Shown piece by piece: positions 63,680-64,000 of a stretch of 64,000 nt of DNA (position 1 is the stretch's first letter; the number at the start of each line of letters is the position of its first letter). Below the pieces are notes generated by a model. The model was not told the DNA's origin, did not search any database, and saw nothing but the letters and a program-made list of their open reading frames with translations. The position numbers and the translations under genes are program-made. Source of the stretch: Octopus bimaculoides (taxonomy: Eukaryota); contig NC_068981.1 in assembly GCF_001194135.2 (NCBI RefSeq), positions 153,933,999 through 153,997,998 of the forward strand. The letters run 5' to 3'.

Positions 63680-64000
63680 GGATCAAGGCAAAATGGGTGC
63701 CCAAAATTAGACAGGCTTGGAGAAGAAGGGTGTGGAAGCTTAAAGACCCTGCAAACGGACAGAGACTTAGAGACAAGTTACTTGAAGCATTTAACGAAAT
63801 AGAAGGGGATATAGCATCATACAACGTGGAAGACAATTGGAGATTTCTGCGGGACAACCTGTTGAAAGCCACCGACCAGATTTGTGGGTGGTGTAAGGTC
63901 CCCTCCCAACCCAGAGTAACGTGGTGGTGGAACAAGGAGGTAGACAGGGCTATTAGACAAAAGAAACAGGCTTGGAAGGACTGGAAGAACGGTGGTAGAG
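63680..64000 (+). mobile_element. RTE ORF fragment (EN-RT linker), runs off window
   Basis: Open frame RRVWKLKDP..WRFLRDNLLKATDQICGW..TWWWNKEVDRAIRQKKQAWKDWK. Confidence 0.85.

Overview
AT-rich, repeat-dense animal genomic DNA with five N-gaps. The SINE and RTE repeat set resembles Octopus (cephalopod); this is an inference from repeat families, not a database match. One protein-coding gene is well supported: mitoguardin (miga/FAM73), + strand. Eight GT-AG coding exons (49693-62353, 367 codons) splice in phase, and the gene runs off the window end. A CpG-retaining block at about 26.5-34 kb contains a candidate spliced, minus-strand 54-aa small-ORF gene (31363-31252 + 29948-29896) lying head-to-head with miga. 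The rest is transposon debris: a full-length DD36E (Incomer-type) Tc1 element, a DD41D element carrying a solo LTR, a DD41D-derived foldback, DD37D/maT fragments, RTE LINE fragments, an RLE-type (R4/NeSL-like) retroelement relic, TTAA- and hAT-type MITEs, many SINEs and microsatellites. Most ORF-track entries are microsatellite, gap or antisense-repeat artefacts.
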